A DNA stretch of 64,000 bases from Narcine bancroftii (lineage: Eukaryota): the NCBI RefSeq assembly GCF_036971445.1, contig NC_091469.1, positions 212,722,001 to 212,786,000 on the forward strand. The letters run 5' to 3'. How positions within the stretch are numbered: the first letter of the stretch is position 1; every line of letters begins with the position of its first letter. Of this stretch, positions 60,026 to 64,000 are shown in pieces. Made by a program: the position numbers and the translations under genes. The notes under the pieces are model-generated. The model was not told where the DNA came from and searched no databases. It saw nothing but the letters and a program-made list of their open reading frames with translations.

Positions 60026-62458
60026 AACCCCTCTGTAGCTGACTCCCTGCAGCCAGTTTGATTTGTTTTACAAGTTCACTTCCTTACCACCATTGGGAAC
60101 ACTGATCCAAATTAAACTGCACTTAACATCTGCAGGTCCAGCCATGAAAAAGATCCTCAGATGCAAATCCCACTGACTATCACTGTGCCTCTTCTACTGG
60201 AGAGACTCGGCAGCTCTAGGACTCTCTGTGGGGAGAAGAGGCACAGGGATTATGTTTCACATTAATGTCCTTTCATTAATCTCCTTCGGTCAGATTTTGA
60301 CATCCAGCCTCTTCATTTTTATTTTTATTTGGTGGAAGCTATTTTGTGTTCTTCATTGACTTTCACATCCCCAGAACATCACAAACTATTCCTCAACCCA
60401 TGAGGTGCAGACACATTGTACACAACTTTTCTGCAGCTTGTTCCCACAAACAGAATCAGCAAAAAGTCCAGAAGGTCTGCTTTAGTGAGGACTGACATCA
60501 ATGAAGAGCAGTGAGGTTCCTCAGATTGGAGCTGATCATCCTTTATTTGAATGGCTGAGGATCCCCTGGATCAGACAGTTCTGTCAGTGAGTGGCAGTTC
60601 CAAAGGGAGCCCACAGCATCCAGCCACATGTGCTGCAGTCAATTCTGCACATGCACAGCCCCACTGTACAGGGTTCACTGAGTTGTAGATGCCACTAGGC
60701 CATTCACCACACTCCACCACATAGAGCCAGGCCTTGCTGGACTCCCCAGGATTAGACCAAGGATTCCAACACAATGATTCCTGACCAGGCTGTGCCTGGC
60801 AAAAGCTCACAGTCCCCATTCATTTGAGGACTCTTGGCCTGAAGATTATGGGCACTGAAGGATTTCTGGGTACGTTTTATGATTTTAATGCCCTGTAGAT
60901 TGCTGATTTTGAACAAAAATTTTAAAGTGCCTTTTGAGGCAGAATTTATGCCTGTTTTAATGTTTTGGATTCATTTCAAATTTATGTGACAGCTCTGACA
61001 GCTCAGGTTTGCCTTGTGTCAGGGTATTCTGAGCCAAGTGACCCAGCATTGCGACCACACGGTGCTGAGGTCTCGGTGCTCCTCATCACTGTTCTCCAAC
61101 ATCCAGAGGCCCAGCCAAGTCCCACGTTTTTGCTGTGTGGCAGGTTGAAGTGAGATCCCAGTAGCAGGTCAAAACTAGCACCATTTAGCCCGTTGAGTGT
61201 GGTTATAGTGCAGCTGGCACTGTACCACCTGCCTCCTGTCCTGTGACACTTCACCACAACAGAGGCCAGGTTTGCCCTGCTGTTCTTGACAAGTTCCCTC
61301 CCAACAACCAGTCTGAGTTCTGCATGGCACGGAACAAGTTCCCTCCCAACAGCCAGTCTGAGTTCTGCATGACACGGATTGCTTCAAGCAGACTGATAAG
61401 AATTATTAAAAAGGCAATTTCCCAGCTCTGTCCTTACTTCTGAATCAGTGATAGAAACAGTGTGCTTTTTGGGTTCTGACCGTGATCCTTGAAAATGGTT
61501 CATAAAGGTGTGGCTGGAATTATTTACCATTCCCTTCAATCATGCCCATTGCTATTTGCTTGATTAACTCTTCTATTTGAATGGGCTCAGGGAACACTGG
61601 TTGCCCTTTACTTCTTATCACTGCTGAGTTTCTCCTGGCTTTTGTGTCCAGCAGTTCAACATTTCATCTTCTACTGAAAGAAGCTGTTGTGAAGTAAATA
61701 TTTTGTCATCTTATTTTCCACCTGATTTGAAATCTTGACCGTCCCATTACTTGTTCTCCAAAGTTTGTTCACTGTCCTTCCAACCACAGAATATACTTTA
61801 TCCCCATGTGGGACTGCTGACCATCTCACAGTTCTACAGCAGAGCCCTCATCCACTGCAACTCAAACTGTTTGATGTCTCCTTTCTCATCAGTCTCCTGC
61901 TCTGAGCATTCTCGCAAGTCCTTGTCAATTCACAGGGTCAAAATGAGTGATTTTTAACCTGGTCCACATTGGACGTGTGGCCATTGGTGGAGTCTCACAG
62001 AGTTAAAGACCAGGAGAACACCCCGAGCATTTCCCCTAGGTAGGATAATCCGTAACCAGAGGATACAGGTTTAAGGTGAGAAGGGTACGTGGATAACTCT
62101 GGAGCCATAGAGATGAAGTCAGACAGCACAGTAAAAGCCCCTTCCCACAAGCCTGTGCCAGTCAATTACAACCAATCGACCTACACCCCCAGTACATTTT
62201 GAAGGGTGGGAAACCCACACTGACACAGGGAGAACATACAAACTCCTTACAGACAGTGTCAGATTTGAACCCCACTCGCTGTTGCTGGAACAGGATTGTG
62301 CTGCCACAACATTACTGAGAGATAAAGTGGTGAGCCCTTTGTATAACACAGTAAATGAATTTGGAAAGGGTTGGCTTGATGGATAATAACATGTCCTGAT
62401 TCATCTGTTGGTCATGCTTTTATTGCCAGAACTTTCTGTGAATTTATTTACTTTTCAG

Positions 62459-62761
62459 AGGTTGAGTCGTTGCCATCGGTCTTCATCGCCCCTCCCTGCC
62501 ACAGAGAAGCTGACCAAGAGATCAGCCTCCTGTGTCTGGTCAAGGATTATCAGCCTGAGAGCATCATCCAGACATGGTCCACGAGCAGTGGGGACATCAC
62601 CACTGGATTCAAGAAATATCCAGCAGTGTTGGGGCAGAATGCAAAGTACACAATGAGCAGCTTACTCCGAGTCCCTGCGGTGGAATGGAAAAGCAACAAT
62701 GTCTACTCCTGTAAGGCAGGGTACAAACCAGACAAGTTTGTGAAAGAGGATTACATGAAAC
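62459..62761 (+). CDS. IgW: IgW CH1 exon, cluster 2
   Basis: Acceptor ttacttttcag, donor C|GTTAGT. (E)VESLPSVFIAPPCHREADQEISLLCLVKDYQPESIIQTW…KKYPAVLGQNAKYTMSSLLRV…VYSCKAGYKP; extra N-terminal Cys for light-chain pairing. Confidence 0.92.
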
Positions 62762-63760
62762 GTTAGTATGAGATTTGATTTCTGTTTCGAACTACATTGT
62801 GTTGAGGGTTAAAACTTGAGCAGGAACCTTGGTCCAAAATGTACAAAGGTGTCCATTCCTCCTTTTCCTCATTTGTTCAATTCCTACAAGCCAGTGGTGT
62901 CTGCAGCTCACAAAAAAGGCCGTGATATATTGTGTGGAAGCAGATGATGAATGAAGCGTTCTCCTCCAGTCCATGAACCTGAGTTTTAGAGGAAGTTACA
63001 AGCAGCAATTTGTGCTGAACTGCCTCCTTTATATCCACTCATTGATCTCATTTCAGAAGACTCTCCACCATCCCCACTGCCCGGCCCAAGCATCTCCTTC
63101 CAGATTAGCTCCTTGACACAGAACCAGGCATCGATATTAGCCACCGTTCCTGCACAAGCAACACGAGTTCAACTTTGACCCACTCCGTCCGCACTTTCCC
63201 TCAGTCCTGTCCTGTGTCTGAGTAAAACTCGCACTCCTTATGAAGATGACTGAAGAATCGACATCCCCCACTTGACTTTATCCATCACCTCCCAGATGTG
63301 AACAAATCATTGCATTTAAAAGCAAATCATTTCCTCTTGTCTGCCTGTTCTTCTTTCTCATTAAGCTCAAAACTGTGGTTCCCAAACATCCTGTTCCACC
63401 CCATCTGCTCATACCCACAGGATCTGCAATCAGCCTTTCCTCTGCATGGTATATTCCACAGAATAATCAGATCACTGATGGTCTGCCCATAGAGGCCACT
63501 TACTGTTTCATCCCCCTCAACACTGCAGTGTGGGACACACTGCTGGGGAGGCCTGTATCATCCATCTAGATCTCCCAATCAGAGCTCTACCCAATATTTC
63601 ACGATAGGATCCAGCCTCTCAACAGATCATCTGTTAATGAACAGAATTGTAGAATGGGCTGACGTTGGGCGACTTGCAGTGGAGGTAGGGATGGAGTCCA
63701 CCTACACGGTGGCCAGTTGTATCATCAGTAATATTGCATTAATATTGCATTGTTTTACAG

Positions 63761-64000
63761 CTCAATCTCCAAAGCTCACACCTCTGGCTCCAACCCCAAA
63801 GATTCTTTCCAATCAAACAAATACTATCCTGGGCTGTATGATATCACAATTTACTCCTGATCGGATTCGGGTGACCTGGAAAAAAGCCGGATCAGAGCAA
63901 TTGAGCAGTCTTCTCCCTTCCAAGAGGAGACCCGATGGTGCATTTGAAACAGTCACCTACCTGACCGTGTCTGTGGACGAATGGACCAGCAAACAGGAAT
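63761..64000 (+). CDS. IgW: IgW CH2 exon (runs off the window)
   Basis: Acceptor tgttttacag. (P)QSPKLTPLAPTPKILSNQTNTILGCMISQFTPDRIRVTWKK…FETVTYLTVSVDEWTSKQE. Confidence 0.9.

Noticed and set aside
61289-61378. 45-bp tandem duplication in the J-C intron
   Set aside because: Simple two-copy duplication with no motif of note.

Overview
Vertebrate genomic DNA from a cartilaginous fish (shark/ray; inferred from the cluster-type IgH organisation and IgW-type domains). It holds parts of two head-to-tail immunoglobulin heavy-chain miniloci on the + strand. Cluster 1 (3' end): a C exon (5-313), a terminal C exon with secretory tailpiece (1749-2140), then two more intact C exons (7765-8067, 8156-8473) lying DOWNSTREAM of the secretory exon and its poly(A) site, then TM1 (16770-16912) and TM2 (17760-17771). 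Cluster 2 (5' end): promoter, leader (56807-56852), intact VH with 23-RSS, only one recognisable D (12/12 RSS), JH with 23-RSS, IgW-type CH1 (62459-62761) and CH2 (63761 to the window edge). The ~39 kb spacer and the introns are mostly transposable elements: a deleted class I ERV (tRNA-Pro PBS), a related env-relic LTR element with apparently identical LTRs and a 4-bp TSD, a Gypsy element plus a solo LTR inserted at the same position of a 39-bp minisatellite, L1 (one near full length, one 5'-inverted), young RTE LINEs, CR1, Penelope, SINEs, MITEs and several minisatellites. All calls were made by eye; family names come from motif recognition, not database searches.
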